64,000 bases of DNA from positions 664,860-728,859 of the forward strand of contig NMRA01000142.1 in NCBI GenBank assembly GCA_002633005.1, given 5' to 3'. The notes below the pieces were generated by a model, which ran no database searches, was not told where the DNA came from, and saw only the letters and a list, made by a program, of their open reading frames with translations. Both the position numbers and the translations under genes were made by a program. Shown in pieces: positions 9,014 through 22,887 of this stretch. Position 1 is the stretch's first letter. Each line of letters begins with the position of its first letter. This DNA comes from Phoronis australis (Eukaryota > Animalia > Phoronida).

Positions 9014-9361
9014 CTACCTCAACATTCTCTGCACAGTTGGTTCTAGAGCCAAGTAAACTGCTTTCAACGTTTCATAGTTCTTGAAAACTGTAAAAAACAG
9101 GATGTTTGCAGGATCCGATGAAGAAGGTTCCAGGCCAAACAGCTGCTTATTCATCATTGCATTCTCAGTAGCCAACTCTTCAATGTGCTTCAAAGCATCT
9201 TCTAAAAGTTCTCGGTCACTTCTCAGGTTTCTGTTGTAGTGGTGGTCTTTGGATACACACGGAGCCTCAATCACCTTGTCATCTTCTACGTCGCAACATT
9301 CCCCGTCTCTCCCATTCACTAGCTCCACGCTGAAAAAATTTAGTTTTTGCATGCCTATCAT
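9014..9361 (-). mobile_element. ISL2EU/Harbinger-type transposase fragment
   Basis: DHHY, a coiled coil, then FGLE...DPANILFFTVFKNYETLKAVY, resembling the 'FYTGF.SY' region of these transposases. Confidence 0.5.
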
Positions 9362-9909
9362 TATTCACTCTGATTAACATTCAGAACATATGAAGTGATG
9401 TAAGCCTGCATTTTGTCAACAGTTTTCTTCAAATCTGGGCTTATAACAGTTTCAAATCAAGAAACAGCCAGCTCCATCCATACATCATAATTCTCTAGAC
9501 TCTCTGAGCATAAATGACAATATTCCGTTCCTTGTTTAAAATACGACTTGACTAAAATGATTACATAAAGGATGGCTCTACTTTGGCTATGTTGCTATTT
9601 GCAAGAAGCTCGGCAAAATCCCATAACCCAGATCACATTCTAGAATCCAACGTCGTTGCATGGCAAACTTTACGCTTGTCAGGTTGCAATTAAAAAACCC
9701 CTTGATTCTAGACTAATTACACCTGCTTTACGTAATTTTTTTGTGCCGATGGCAAACAGTTACACAAGCAGGCACATAGTTTATGTGGTCAGATTGCATA
9801 CTCAGTTGATTTATTCATATATGATAGAACTCTGTTTGTATTAACACCATTTATTGGACAGAATGTCCTCACTCAGTTCGAGTCTGCAAGTGCACTTCAG
9901 TTTGAAGGC

Positions 9910-10544
9910 TCAGATGATACTCTTAGTGTCCAGAGGAATATCCCTGTGGACGTTCATGAGCGCCTGGGCAGAGAGTTGATCGTTTGTCATTGTTGAGTGC
10001 AAGAACATCTTCAGGTTTCGTAATGTGCTGAAGGGTCTTTCTGCTTCACAGGAAGTGTGCAGATGATCTTTACTATGGTGTGGACGTTTGGAGACTTGAC
10101 TTGACTGCATTCCTTGATAGCTTGGTGTGACGTTGCTAGTGTCTGCTCTAGTGCCAAGGTTTTCCAGTTGTTCTAAAATAAACATTTAAAGATGTCAATA
10201 TCAAATTTCAGTTTAGGTTTCAGTTTTATAGTCAAATGTTCACATCTCATGTACATAATTGGAATGTAGACGTTTCTTACCTTCCACAAAACGAACTCAG
10301 TATCCAGAGCTTCAGAACATGAACACTCAATTATCATTGTTTTATTACCTTCGTCACTTTGCGAACAATGTGGCTCACACAGCTGACTGTTACCTCCTGA
10401 AAGAAGATTTTTAAAATAAACTAACACTTCTTGTTTTAAGGCATTTAAACAGTTTAACCGCATGTGATTTAAAAATGGAAAATGTGTTACATTACAAGGA
10501 TTCAAACTCGCATCCTTTTGGTCGGAGTGTACATGCTCTTTCAT
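9910..10544 (-). mobile_element. hAT transposase C-terminal (dimerisation domain) remnant
   Basis: TSCEAERPFSTLRNLKMFLHSTMTNDQLSAQALMNVHRDI matches the hAT dimerisation consensus. Degenerate fragments lie upstream. Confidence 0.85.
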
Positions 10545-11199
10545 TGCGCCACCACGCTTCCAACTAAAACACCATTCTAAGAGAAATACGTGTTCATGGT
10601 CCGCAATGTTTGCTTGTGAACTTGCTTCTATCCGTAATGTTTATTATAAGTTTCAAGTTTTGTGCATCCAGTTTGTAGCAAAAGTGTTTAAAACAATCTT
10701 AAGTCCCCCAAATGACCAAGTCCATTTTTCGTGTTGGCATTAACCACACGCTTGCTTTGCAAATTGTCTTAATTTGAATGTTGAACAAAGAGAGTGTGAC
10801 GGATTGCAAGACAAACTGTCCAAACGGTAGACGAAACGCTCGTTGACTTTGAGGATATTGTTCGTAGTCTAGTTAAGATATGAAAATAGAGTTCCAGTGT
10901 TAACTTGTATTCATAATACCTTCAAAGCAGTGAACAACACTTTTCATACACACAGCTACGTATCATTCCTAAAATTACGGCCATAAGTGTTCGCTTACAA
11001 CTCCTTAAGTGCCTGAACACAAGGCAAGACGCGGCGCGCTGCGTGCAAGCAAGAGATTAAACGCCAGTCAATCATATGCCAAAACCGAGTCCACGTGGTC
11101 AGGCCCCCAGAATCACAGCGACACCCATAGTCAAATCATAAAGTTAAATACATATTGAAATGGCAATACAAAATGTAACAATCAATAAAATTTGGAAAT

Positions 11200-11760
11200 C
11201 TGTAACAGTCATGGTCCTGTCCCATAGGGGGCAGGAGTTTCACCAATTGAACAATAATGCTAGAAACGTGTGGATCATTTATTGCATAAGCTAGGGTTCT
11301 TGAAACTTGCTGTAAGGTCTGATTCTAATCTCATCTCCATCTTCACTTTGGCTTTGGCTAACTCTACTTCTTCTCTATGTTTGAGTAACTCCAGATCCGT
11401 TTCTAGCTCCTGTTGAGCCTGAATAAGCCACAGCCTGTTTTGCGAACTTGAGTCAGCTACGAGCTTCTTCAGCTTCCATTAGTGAATGGTTGTTTGATGT
11501 CGACACGATCTCAGGTGTCATCCTGTATCAATTCTGCAGTGTGTTGCAACCTTGAGAGGACTGACTTCTCTTTTCTGACGATTTCTGCGTTGGCCTCGTG
11601 CTCTTTGTTATGGATTACAGCCCTGGAAGACAAACATGTGAACAGGCAACCCCATCTCTTGATCTCAGTGTTTGCATCCCTCCTTGACCAGAAATGGACC
11701 AAAGTAATCTATACCTACATTAGAAAATGCGGGACCGTCTTTCAACCTATCCTCAGGTAA
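11200..11760 (-). mobile_element. BEL/Pao LTR retrotransposon remnant (integrase fragment plus rearranged pieces)
   Basis: KRWGCLFTCLSSRAVIH is the Pao integrase signature. Confidence 0.7.
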
Positions 11761-11914
11761 GCCGGACATCTTTTGTGCTGCAACTCCAAAGCACTGCTTT
11801 GCCAAATTAAACAGTTTTGAAATACTTTTGGAATTTGACTTGGGTACGAGTTGACTTGGCTTTGAAGTGACCTGTTCCCCATTGAGTCACTGACTACACT
11901 GACTCAGTGATGCG

Positions 11915-14120
11915 TCAATTTATCAAACTCCGAGAAAAAAAATTAACATTCACCATCATCTTGGTCGTTATCAGGGGGTAATCTGTTCTCGGCATACTTA
12001 GTAATTTCGCAATCTTTCTTTTTGCTCTTTCAATCTTTGTAACGTCATTAAGCTTTCTATAACATGTCTTGTGATACTGGAGCACACACCAATACATAAA
12101 GTTACGTGATAGAAACAACTGATTCGAAGTCGGAGCGAGCTTCTGCTTGAAGTTTGCAGCATGTTAACACTGATGATGACAGGAATTCTCGAAATGCAGC
12201 ATGCTGCTCAAAGTACCTGCCACACAACTCAAACAACACATGGGAACTGTTGCCACAGTACCTAATGACGAATCCTTTCCTCAAGCCTGAGCTCTCTAGA
12301 AAACTAATGAAAGCCTTGGGATTGCCTTTACTGTCTTTAAACCTGATCTTATTGATTGCCAAGAGAATATTTGATGCAATGCAGTCCCTCCCAATCAGCT
12401 GCCCTTTCATTGGCTCATTCTCTTTTAACGCTGATCAACACGAGCTGGTGATGGTGTCAAGGGGTGGAGGTGGCAGGTCAGCTTCCTCCAAAAAACCAAC
12501 TCTTCCACGATTCACGGCAGCCCTATCTAATGTGTTCCTTAGATTGGCCACAATTGTTTGCCGGCATTCCTCAAAATCCATGTCATAGGCAGCATGGATT
12601 TCCGCAACACGTTGTATGCTATCTGATATATGACCAGCGTAGTCGTGTGCAGTGCCACCTGGTAATTCATCACCAGACAGTACATAGCACTCGTTCTTGA
12701 TTGTAACATGGATGCTGTTGATGTGCAAGCCTTCTTGTGTAGTTGCATCAAATCCCAATGTGAGGTCGTGGTTGTTCATCAGCACATCGGCAACAAAATA
12801 CTTGGAGATCACACCAAGTTCTCGAGTCGTCTGCTCCATGGTGGTTCTATCAAGGACAGAGTCAAGTGAGACACCTGCATGCTTGAACCGCTGTGTATAA
12901 CAATGGGTGTACTTTTAGTTGGGACGTTATTCATGATGCAGTCAAACACCATCATGCGAACATCACTAGAGTATGACTTTTTGTCGCCTTTTACATTTTA
13001 ATACTGGTAGACGAAAGAGCCTGAACTTGTTCTTTCAGCAGACTATTTTCATATTCAAGGGATTTAATGATGCTCTGACTTTCTTTTTTTTCTTCTGCAG
13101 AGCCCTAAACCTTGGCATTGGAACAGAACTTGCCCAATTAAATTTATTCTAGCGTAGCAAACTACTGTGGGTTCTCTTTAGCTTGTCAACGTAGCTGTGC
13201 GTTACATTACCTTTTAACTCACTTTTCAGCGACATAATTAATGTGATCTTTGGACTAATCATCTGAGTCATCCATTTCATACGTTGATTCAAAACCTTGT
13301 CATTGCGTTCACTTTCCTTTTAGCTGAACTCAGTTCTTCATGCAGGGATTGGATGTTTGCTTTGAGTTTTTTCTCTCTGTCTTTAGAGCTGCTTACTAAA
13401 GCTAATCACTTCCCCAGTTTTAGTTTTTTGGTTTTGAGTCGGTCCCTCATGTCGACAATCCTGGTAAAGTAACTGATGTTACAGGAGTAGTCATGGAAGT
13501 CAATGAAACTGGACTGGGAAATCTGTCTCTCGATGGCCCTGGAACAGGCACGCCCTCTGCACAGCAGGCTTAAGCACACACAGCTTGTTGAACACAGCAT
13601 TAAACTTTGCTCTTATTAGAATGGTTTGACAAGTTTCTATATTTTTTAGAGTTTTGTTCTCGACTGCATTGATATCTTGAGAAACAAAGTTCCATTCACC
13701 TTCTAATTTCTGTTTCAATAAGGTCACTGTATCAGCAACTGATTTGCCACTTTGAAGGTACAAAAATAATACATGATCTTTCTTTATGCCTGCAGATGGC
13801 ACACTACGAAAGTTCTCTTCCATAAGTTGTGTGGCCACACCAGTCTTTTCTGGAAGAACGCTTTTTCTCTTCTTTTTCCGAGGCGTCCATAAAAAAATAG
13901 TTATAGCAACAGGTAAACCTAGCCACATAAAAACAACATTTTCATAACAAAATTCAATAGCAGCACCTGCGGATTTAGTGAGAGCAGGGTCTAGCCTACT
14001 CCTACAGACATGACTAAAAGGGAAAAGGAAAAAATACCATTTTTGTACATCATTTTCTTTCTTAAACTGTGCTTGCCCCGCTCTGCAACGTATGTGTTGC
14101 ATATTACAGACATGCCACAA
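11915..14120 (-). mobile_element. Fragmented large DDE-type transposase pseudogene, superfamily unassigned
   Basis: Serial minus-strand fragments: coiled coil, LTLGFDATTQEGLHINSIHV, DELPGGTAHDY, DRAAVN, and KGNPKAFISFL..RYCGNSSHVLF. Confidence 0.6.
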
Positions 14121-14785
14121 AATTGTGGTCCATTGCTATCGAAGCTTCGTTGTTACATTGCTCTCCTTTTTCAGAAAAGTGTGGGGAAATCCCAGCCGAC
14201 TCATGCATCGCTGCTTCAAAATTGTCAATTAACAAATTGAATTCTTGATAATAATACAGTAACTGTTTTGAGTCAACAAATTACACGAAAGCCTCCTTAA
14301 GTTTTCCAAATAGAGTCCCTAAGATTTTTATAATTTCCTGTAGAGTCAGGATTCACCGCAGATTAAGTCCAAATCTGCGCTAGATTGCACCCCGCATCAT
14401 GAGAAAAATCTGGACGTTAAGACTAACATATGAGTACAGCTTCGCTCTGAAGGCACTAAGTGTCGCAACAAAATTCATCAGTGTGCTCTCTCCAGCCGTC
14501 TGTTATAGATGCTTCCAAAGGCTTTAAAAAAGAAATGATAATACCGTTATTCGCCGTGAAGTCTGCTCAGTATCATGTTATTTTAAACAAAGATGACTAT
14601 TCCAATAGTCTATTAGTAATATGTGACCCTAAAAAATTAATCAGCATTAGTTGGACACCAATCATTGAGCTTAAAGTCCTTCTCTCACGCGTTGTTAACC
14701 CTTATTACATGGTTAAAAGATGTTATAAGGATCCAAGAAGTACCTACCCCATAACTAATACACGATCCGTACTCGAAAACAGTTT

Positions 14786-15960
14786 AAACGAGAGCACTCA
14801 GAAGAGCGACACTTGGCGGAATTAATCGAAAAGACGATAATGAGAGCGACGACGACAATCATGACGATCTAGGCGGCAATTATGAATAAAACGATAACAT
14901 TCATGTGACTAGCGAAGAAATCAAATAGAGAGCATACAATCAAGTACAATAAAGAGTGAAAGCCCGTTCAAAACTCTATCTAAAGTGGTAGTTTGGCAGA
15001 CACGATAACATTCATGTGACTAGCGAAGAAATCAAATAGAGAGCATACAATCAACTACAATAAAGAACAATAGATGGCGCAACATGACGGACGAGCCATG
15101 TCTGTTCCCACATTCTAAAATAGTTAGTGCTATGTGTTTACAATAAGTATTTGGCCTGGAATTGTACAGTCTACAGAGAGCTATTCCACCACAGTAGGAC
15201 AGTGCTGGCTGGGTCAGTCTGGGTCAACTAGGCATAACCAAAACAAAGTTAACTGAAAGCCAGCCAGCTGGGTCCTTGCATACTGTAGGTGACCGAATTG
15301 GAACAATGGTATCCGTAAATCTTTAATAATTCAAAAAGTAGACGTCATAGCGCAAAATGGAAAATATCTTCTGAAAGCCCGTTCAAAACTCTATCTAAAG
15401 CGGTAGTTTGGCAATCACGATAATATTCATGTGACTAGCGAAGAAATAAAATAGAGAGCATTCAATCAACTACAATAAAGAACAATAGATGGCGCAACAT
15501 TACAGACGAGGCATGCATAGCAGTAGGACAGTGCTGGCTGGGTCAGTCTGGGTCAACTAGGCATAACCAAAACAAAGTGAGGTGAAATCCAGCCAGCTGC
15601 GTGTGACCGAAGAAACAACGGTATCCGAAAAAGTAGACGTCGTAGCGCAAAATGGAAAATATCTCCTGAAAGCCCGTTCAAAACTCTATCCAAAGTGGTA
15701 GTTTGGCAAAAATCAAAAAAATTTTCGAGAAAATTGAAAATTCGCCGTTTTTTTTTGAAATTCAAAGTCAAATAACTCGAAAACGGTAAGTCTGAGAAAT
15801 ACGCTCTCGCAGACTTTTTGCAAGGCCATACTTCAAGGAATCCACATGCAAAAATTCACGTCATTTGCTCTTCCCATAAAAAAATGCGACACCAGAGCGA
15901 TTGAAATCGTGTGAACATGCCCCACAGCCGCCATCTTGCTAACGCCCCTCGGGCGATAAT
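14786..15960. repeat. Non-autonomous repeat with internally reiterated modules, possibly Helentron/HINE-like
   Basis: Three copies of cgataa(c/t)attcatgtgactagcgaagaaat.. and three of gaaagcccgttcaaaactctatc.aaag.ggtagtttggca. Ends in hairpin CGCCC-CTC-GGGCG followed by ATAAT. Confidence 0.4.
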
Positions 15961-18794
15961 TCCCCAAAATCTACTCGGGCTCTAGATAATGGGGGATAAC
16001 GACTTCGCCATGTAATAATCTATATATATCTTTTCTCAATTGTTGGGTTTATCGAGACGCAATAAATAAGTGCAGAGTATTACCGAAAAACAAATGGTCC
16101 CACTTAACACGATTAATACAGGCAACGTGGAACTATGCAATCGTCAATAAATTACAACTTAATATAATTGTATTGAGCTAATGAATGGACTCATGTGCAA
16201 CAAGTGTAAACTTTTTCCCAATCTTTTCAAAAAGTTTGACAAAAACTGACTGCAGCGCTATTTTTTAGTAGTGCATATCTTCTTGTAATTAACATTCAAT
16301 CTTCTTAGAAATACACACATTATTATTTATTTCAATGAAGGTAATACCAAGTAACTTTCACAAGCAACAAATAATTGCAGAAGGAACATTTGATCAAAAC
16401 AGTCATATATTTTCAATTTCCATCTTCAGTTTCTTGTTCTTTAGAATGAGATTTTCGATTTCTAAGTCCAATTTCCTTTCTTCTTTTATTCTTCTCCGTT
16501 TGTTTGGCTTCTAATTCATTTTCCAGTTTTCTTTTCTTTAGTTCCAGGACCTCCTTTGATATGGCGTTTAATTCATTACTGGTTACATTTTTTTCCTCAA
16601 TGGCCTCTCCGAAGCGAAGGTGACTGGAGATTCCGAAAGCGGGTGGCTAGCAGAAAGACATGGTGATGAACTAGTGAGAATTGTGTCCCAAGAAGTAATC
16701 AGTTTTTGAGTGCTAGGCAATGATATAGTTTCAGATGAGACGGCTGCTTGTGGTGATTGGTTCTCGGCAATTTGAGCAGTTGTTGGAGTGAAAATTCCTG
16801 AAATGAAGTTAAAAGTGCATAATTAAAGTGTTTTGATATTCATACAAACGAGACCGATCACAAGCAGGAAATTATCCTAATCATTGTCTGATCTTATGGA
16901 GCTCAATTTACTACGCCGTCTAGGAGTGTCAACATATGTTTTGAGGCATGGTGGGTGTTGGGAGAGGGTACTGAACACGACGGGAGATGACATTTCCAGT
17001 TCCCATCTCTCAGACTCATCGAATACCCGGCCGCTGCTTATTTGGGGCCCCGTGCATTTCCAGCAACATTCCATCCTGGAATGCACTCTACCGGCGAAAC
17101 GCGAAGCAGTTGTGCAAAATTGGGTTGTGTCCCAAGACTGAGTGATAGATGGCGGCAATTCTTCACTCAGTGCGGAATATTCCCAAGGCAAAAATTGAAC
17201 TTCTAATTAAGAAAATGCTAATTGAGGAAATAAAAATGTAACATTGTAAACATGTTTAGGGTAAGGTATAGATTTGTTACATACCATTTTTTATGGCCCT
17301 AAGTGGATATTAAAAAAGTGCGGAACCGTTCCGCACACTTTGAGACTAAATAATATTCTCTCATTTGAGAAAATATCGCCTTTTTTAAACTTACTTATAT
17401 CTCTTGTGATTGAATAAGGCAACAACTTCTGGACTTGGTCTAGTACAGAAAAAATTGTCAACTGCAAAAATGTCACCAGTTACAAATACCAAGTTGCTTT
17501 ACTGTTGGCGATGTAGTCGCTCTTTCACTTTTTCAATGACCTTCATCATTTAATGTCACGGTGTTTCTCAACTAACCAACTACATTGCCATGAATACATG
17601 CATTACCAACAACAGTTGTGCATACACTTGGGCTATCATGACTAACTTCTTCATACTAATGTCATGGTTCAAGAAATAAAGAGTTCTTTAAAATAAGGAA
17701 TCGGGTAATAAATGAAGTTATATAAAAAGATTACAAAAGATATCTTCTCTAAATTAATATAACTACATTGAGGTCTTCACCTTGAACGAAATAAATAAGG
17801 TTACAAATATATACATGCATGTAAATACAACTTTCCATGGTCTTGAATACAATGACATGGGCAATAAATGTTATGGAGTGCTTTCCTTACCAAGGGAACA
17901 TAGATATCTTCAACTAGTTTTTCCAATATATAAAACCATGTTCTTAAAAACAGATCTACTAACACTTCAACTAATGTTTTTAAGTACTGCATATTAATGT
18001 CATGGTTCAAGAAATAAAGAGTTCTTTAAAATAAGGAATGATAGGTAATAAATGGAGTTATATAAAATACTGTGAGGTCATAACGTTGAGCAAAATAAAT
18101 AACGTTAGAAACGTATACATACAATTACAGCAAATGCAATTTTTCATGGTTATGGGTAGAAACACATGCGGAATAAATGTTGCGGATTGCCTTCGTTACC
18201 AAGGGCTACATCTCATCAAATATTTTCCAACCTATAAAGCCCATTATAACAGCACCATAAAAAACTTGCAAAATTCATTTCTCTAAAAACGTAATACTGT
18301 GAGGTCGTAACATTGAGCAAAATAAATAAGGCTATAAAAAAGTTTATACGCGCTAATGCAGTTTTTCATGGTCTTGGATACAATCACACTAGTAATAAAT
18401 GTTATTGTATTTGCATTACGATAACAATAAAACTTTTTGACAAAAAAATAATAAATAAATATTCTGGACTACCTTCATTACATATCTCTTCAAACATTTT
18501 GTCAAACCTATCAAACCACTTTTTAAAAACCGTGATGAGCAAAGAAATCCTATGTACATGAAAATTGTGCTTGGGAGCGTGTAATCACTTGACCTGTCGT
18601 TTCAGACAGATAATTTTTTTTGCACTTGATTAGCAACTTCTTGGTTAAAAATAACGTTTTTTAAAAATCAACACCTAATGATTGTCGAGACACTAACTTC
18701 GTATACGGACAACATAATCATGTTGGAAATATGTGAAGAAACAGGAGCTTTAGTAATGAAGGCAGTTGGTTACCTTCAACTGGAAATGTGTAAT

Positions 18795-19545
18795 CTACGC
18801 TCGATCATTCGCAGCTTGAATTTTCTTTGCTTGCTTTTGTTCATTGTTTAGCTTAAATGTTATTGCTTTCAAGATATCCTCATTCAGAGGTGTTTGATTA
18901 AGTACCAAAAAGCTATCATAACATAACCTATGCTTGATCATTCGCAACTTGAATTTTCTTAGTTTGCTTTTTTTCATTGTTCAGCCTAAATGTTATTGCT
19001 TTCAAGATACCCTCCTTTAGAGGTGTTGGATTAAATACCAAAGAGCTGTCTTGACGTAACCTATGCTTGATCTTTCGCAATTTGAATTTTCTTTGCTTGC
19101 TTTTGTTCATTGTTCGGCTTAAATGTTATTGCTTTCAAGATATCCTCCTTCAGAGGTGTTGGATTAAATACCAAAAAGCTATCATAACATAACCTATGCT
19201 TGATCATTCACAACTTGAATTTTCTTGGTTTGCTTTTGTTCATTGTTCAGCTTAAATGTTATTGCTTTCAAGATATCCTCCTTCAGAGGTTTTGGATTAA
19301 ATATCAAAAAGCCATCGTAATGTAACCTATGCCTGATCATTCAAGCAACTTGAATTTTCTTTGCTTGCTTTTGTTCATTGTTCAGCTTAAATGTTATTGC
19401 TTTCAAGATATCCTCCTTCAGACATTTTGGATTAAATATCAAAAAGCTATCGTAACGTAACCTATGCTTGATCATTCAAGCAACTTGAATTTTCTTTGCT
19501 TGCTTTTGTTCATTGTTCAGCTTAAATGTTATTGCTTTCAAGATA
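18795..19545. repeat. Tandem satellite, 133-134 bp unit, >=5.6 copies, running into the gap
   Basis: ctatgcttgatc recurs at 18928, 19061 and 19194. Confidence 0.95.
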
Positions 19546-20399
19546 NNNNNNNNNNNNNNNNNNNNNNNNNNNNNNNNNNNNNNNNNNNNNNNNNNNNNNN
19601 NNNNNNNNNTTGGCTTCTAATTCATTTTCCAGTTTTCTTTTCTTTAGTTCCAGGACCTCCTTTGATATGGCGTTTAATTCATCACTGGTTACATTTTTTT
19701 CCTCAATGGCCTCTCCGAAGCGAAGGTGACTGGAGATTCCGAAAGCGGGTGGCTAGCAGAAAGACATGGTGATGAACTAGTGAGAATTGTGTCCCAAGAA
19801 GTAGTGGTGATTGGTTCTCGGCAATTTGAGCAGTTGTTGGAGTGAAAATTCCTGAAATGAAGTTAAAAGTGCATAATTAAAGTGTTTTGATATTCATACA
19901 AACGAGACCGATCACAAGCAAGAAATTATCCTAATCATTGTCTGATCTTATGAAGCTCAATTTACTTAGTCGTCTAGGAGTGTCAACATATGTTTTGAGG
20001 CATGGTGTGGGTTGGGAGAGGGTACTGAACACGACGGGAGATGACGTTTCCAGTTCCCATCTCTCAGACTCATCGAATACCCGGCCGCTTCTTATTTGGG
20101 GCCCCGTGCATTTCCAGCAACATTCCATCCTGGAATGCACTCTGCCGGCGAAACGCAAAGCAGTTGTGCAAAATTGGGTTGTGTCCCAAGACTGAGTGAT
20201 AGATGGCGGCAATTCTTGACTCAAGAAGCTTTGTTCGTGAGTAACTAAGACACTGAAAAGTTATGTAGGGCTTTGGTTTTGTGTATGCTGGTTTTTGTAG
20301 AGTTTTCGTTAGCAATGACATAGGCCTACCTACCGATAAAACTGCTGTGACTAATACTGTTGGTTACACGTGTCAGATGAAATCATGAATTTGTCCATG

Positions 20400-20830
20400 T
20401 TCCCAGCAGCGGGATTTTGAAACTGTTCGCCATTTGAAAACCAGGACCAAGGAACATCTAAATTCTGACAGTAATTCACATGTAAATATTCACCTACAGA
20501 GTTCCAATCATTGTTATCAGCAGTGCTCTTTCAATGACTTTGCAATAATATACCAGGCAGTAACAACAAAGGAGCTTAAAATTCCTGAGGCTTTACATAT
20601 CAGTTGGTGCAAGCCCAATCTCAATAGGCAACTGACACCACAGGTTGTCATTGTCAACTGTTGGTCTAGTTCATTGTCACTCCCTGTAACTGACTGTATC
20701 TGTTCTTCATTACTTGTTGCTGGGCCTAGCTAGGTGGCCACTGTATTATGACTTCTGAGGATGGTGTTTAATAAATGACACCGAAACACTTTTTAGTCAA
20801 GTTTTAAAACCGTTGTTGTTTTCTTGATTT
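20400..20830 (+). mobile_element. Penelope-like element 3' end (GIY-YIG endonuclease C-terminus + pseudo-LTR)
   Basis: HLKTRTKEH...SHVNIHL...F.II....ELKIPEALHISWCKPNLNRQ. Confidence 0.85.
20750..20803 (+). ncRNA. Type I hammerhead ribozyme of the Penelope pseudo-LTR
   Basis: ACTT-CTGAGGA-T-GGTGT[loop]ACACC-GAAAC-actttta-GTC-AAGT: core CUGANGA and GAAA, stem II GGTGT/ACACC, stem I ACTT/AAGT, GUC cleavage triplet at 20796-20798. Confidence 0.7.
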
Positions 20831-22887
20831 GTTTGGCTTTGAAAGTGTCAACAATTGCAAAAGTTTTAGTAACGTCTAAATATACCTCCTCACAGGAATC
20901 CTGAACAATTTTGAGAAAATGCAAACCTGAGCATAGTTATTTCTTGTAAGCTGAATGTTGAAGCTATTTATTGTGAAATGTTTTAAATGCCCTAAGCAAT
21001 GTATTATTTGGTTTTTCAACATCATACGTTTAAACTTTAATATATTATTGAGAGTGGGCACATTATACTCTCAAGTACTATTGAGAATGGAATGTAATTC
21101 ATGTTTATTGGGCTGGGAGAAAATTTTAGTCCTGTGCTAAACTTTTCTGTTTGTGGAACCCTGCTGGAACTTTCACATTGATTTTTAAAAATAAATTATT
21201 ATTTTGATTATTATTCCACAAAATATACATAATATTTCTCAAGTCACAGTATTCCACAAAACTTGCGCAGTGCGTAATATTTCGCAAAATCTGCGGAATA
21301 TTCCGCAAGGCAAAAATTGAACTTCTAATTACGAAAATGCTAATTGAGGAAATAAAAATGTAACATTGTAAACATGTTTAAGGTAAGGTATAGATTTGTT
21401 ACATACCATTTTTTATGGCCCTAAGTGGATATTAAAAAAGTGCGGAACCGTTCCGCACACTTTGAGACTAAATAATATTGTCTCATTTGAGAAAATATCG
21501 CCTTATTTTAAACTTACTTATATCTCTTGTGATTGAATAAGGCAACAACTTCTGGACTTGAATTAGTACAGAAAAAATTGTCAACTGCAAAAATGTCACC
21601 AGTTACAAATACCAAGGTGCTTTACTGTTGGCGATGTAGTCGCTCTTTCACTTTTTCAATGACCTTCATCATTTAATGTCACGGTGTTTCTCAACTAACC
21701 AACTACATTGCCATGAATACATGCATTACCAACAACAGTTCTGCATACATTTGGGCTATCATGACTACCTTCTTCATACTAATGTCATGGTTCAAGAAAT
21801 AAAGAGTTCTTTAACATAAGGAATCTGGTAATCAATGAAGTTATATAAAAGATTACAAAAGATATCTTCTCTAAATTAATATAACTACATTGAGGTCTTA
21901 ACCTTGAACGAAATAAATAAGGTTACAAATATATACATACATGTAAATAAAACTTTCCATGGTCTTGAATACAATGACATGGGCAATAAATGTTATGGAG
22001 TGCCTTCCTTACCAAGGGAACATAGATATCTTCAACTAGTTTTTCCAATATATAAAACCATGTTCTTAAAAACAGATCTACTAACACTTCAACTAATGTT
22101 TTTAAGTACTACATATTAATGTCATGGTTCAAGAAATAAAGAGTTCTTTAAAATAAGGAATGATAGGTAATAAATGGAGTTATATAAAATACTGTGAGGT
22201 CATAACGTTGAGAAAAATAAATAACGGTAGAAACATATACATACAATTACAGCAAATGCAATTTTTCATGGTTATGGGTACAAAACACATGCGAAATAAA
22301 TGTTGCGGATTGCCTTCGTTACCAAGGGCTACATCTCATCAAATATTTTGCAACCTATAAAGCCCATTATAACAGCACCATAAAAAAACTTGCAAAATTC
22401 GTTTCTCTAAAAACGTAATACTGTGAGGTCGTAACATTGAGCAAAATAAATAAGGCTATAAAAAAGTTTATACACGCTAATGCAGTTTTTCATGGTCTTG
22501 GATACAGTCACACTAGTAATAAATATTATTGTATTTGCATTACGATAACAATAAAACTTTTTGACAAAAAAAATAATAAATAAATATTCTGGACTACCTT
22601 CATTACATATCTCTTCAAACATTTTGTCAAACCTATCAAACCACTACTACATGAAAATTGTGCTTGGGAGCGTGTAATCACTTGACCTGCCGTTTCAGAC
22701 AGATAAATTTTTTTGCACTTGATTAGCAACTTCTTGGTTGAAAATAAGGTTTTTTAAAAATCAACACCTAATGATTGTTGAGACACTAACTTCGTATACG
22801 GACAACATAATCATGTTAGAAATATGTGAAGAAACAGGAGCCTTAGTAATGAAGGCAGTTGGTTACCTTCAACTGGAAATGTGTAAT

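Noticed and set aside
16400-17190. Minus-strand coding remnant ending RRIKEERKLDLEIENLILKNKKLKMEIENI*
   Set aside because: It may be the coiled-coil tail of a Harbinger-associated Myb/SANT protein, but no diagnostic domain is visible, so it was not called.
18795-19545. K-rich 60-aa ORFs in the satellite
   Set aside because: The 133-bp unit shifts frame in each copy, so the ORFs are incidental.
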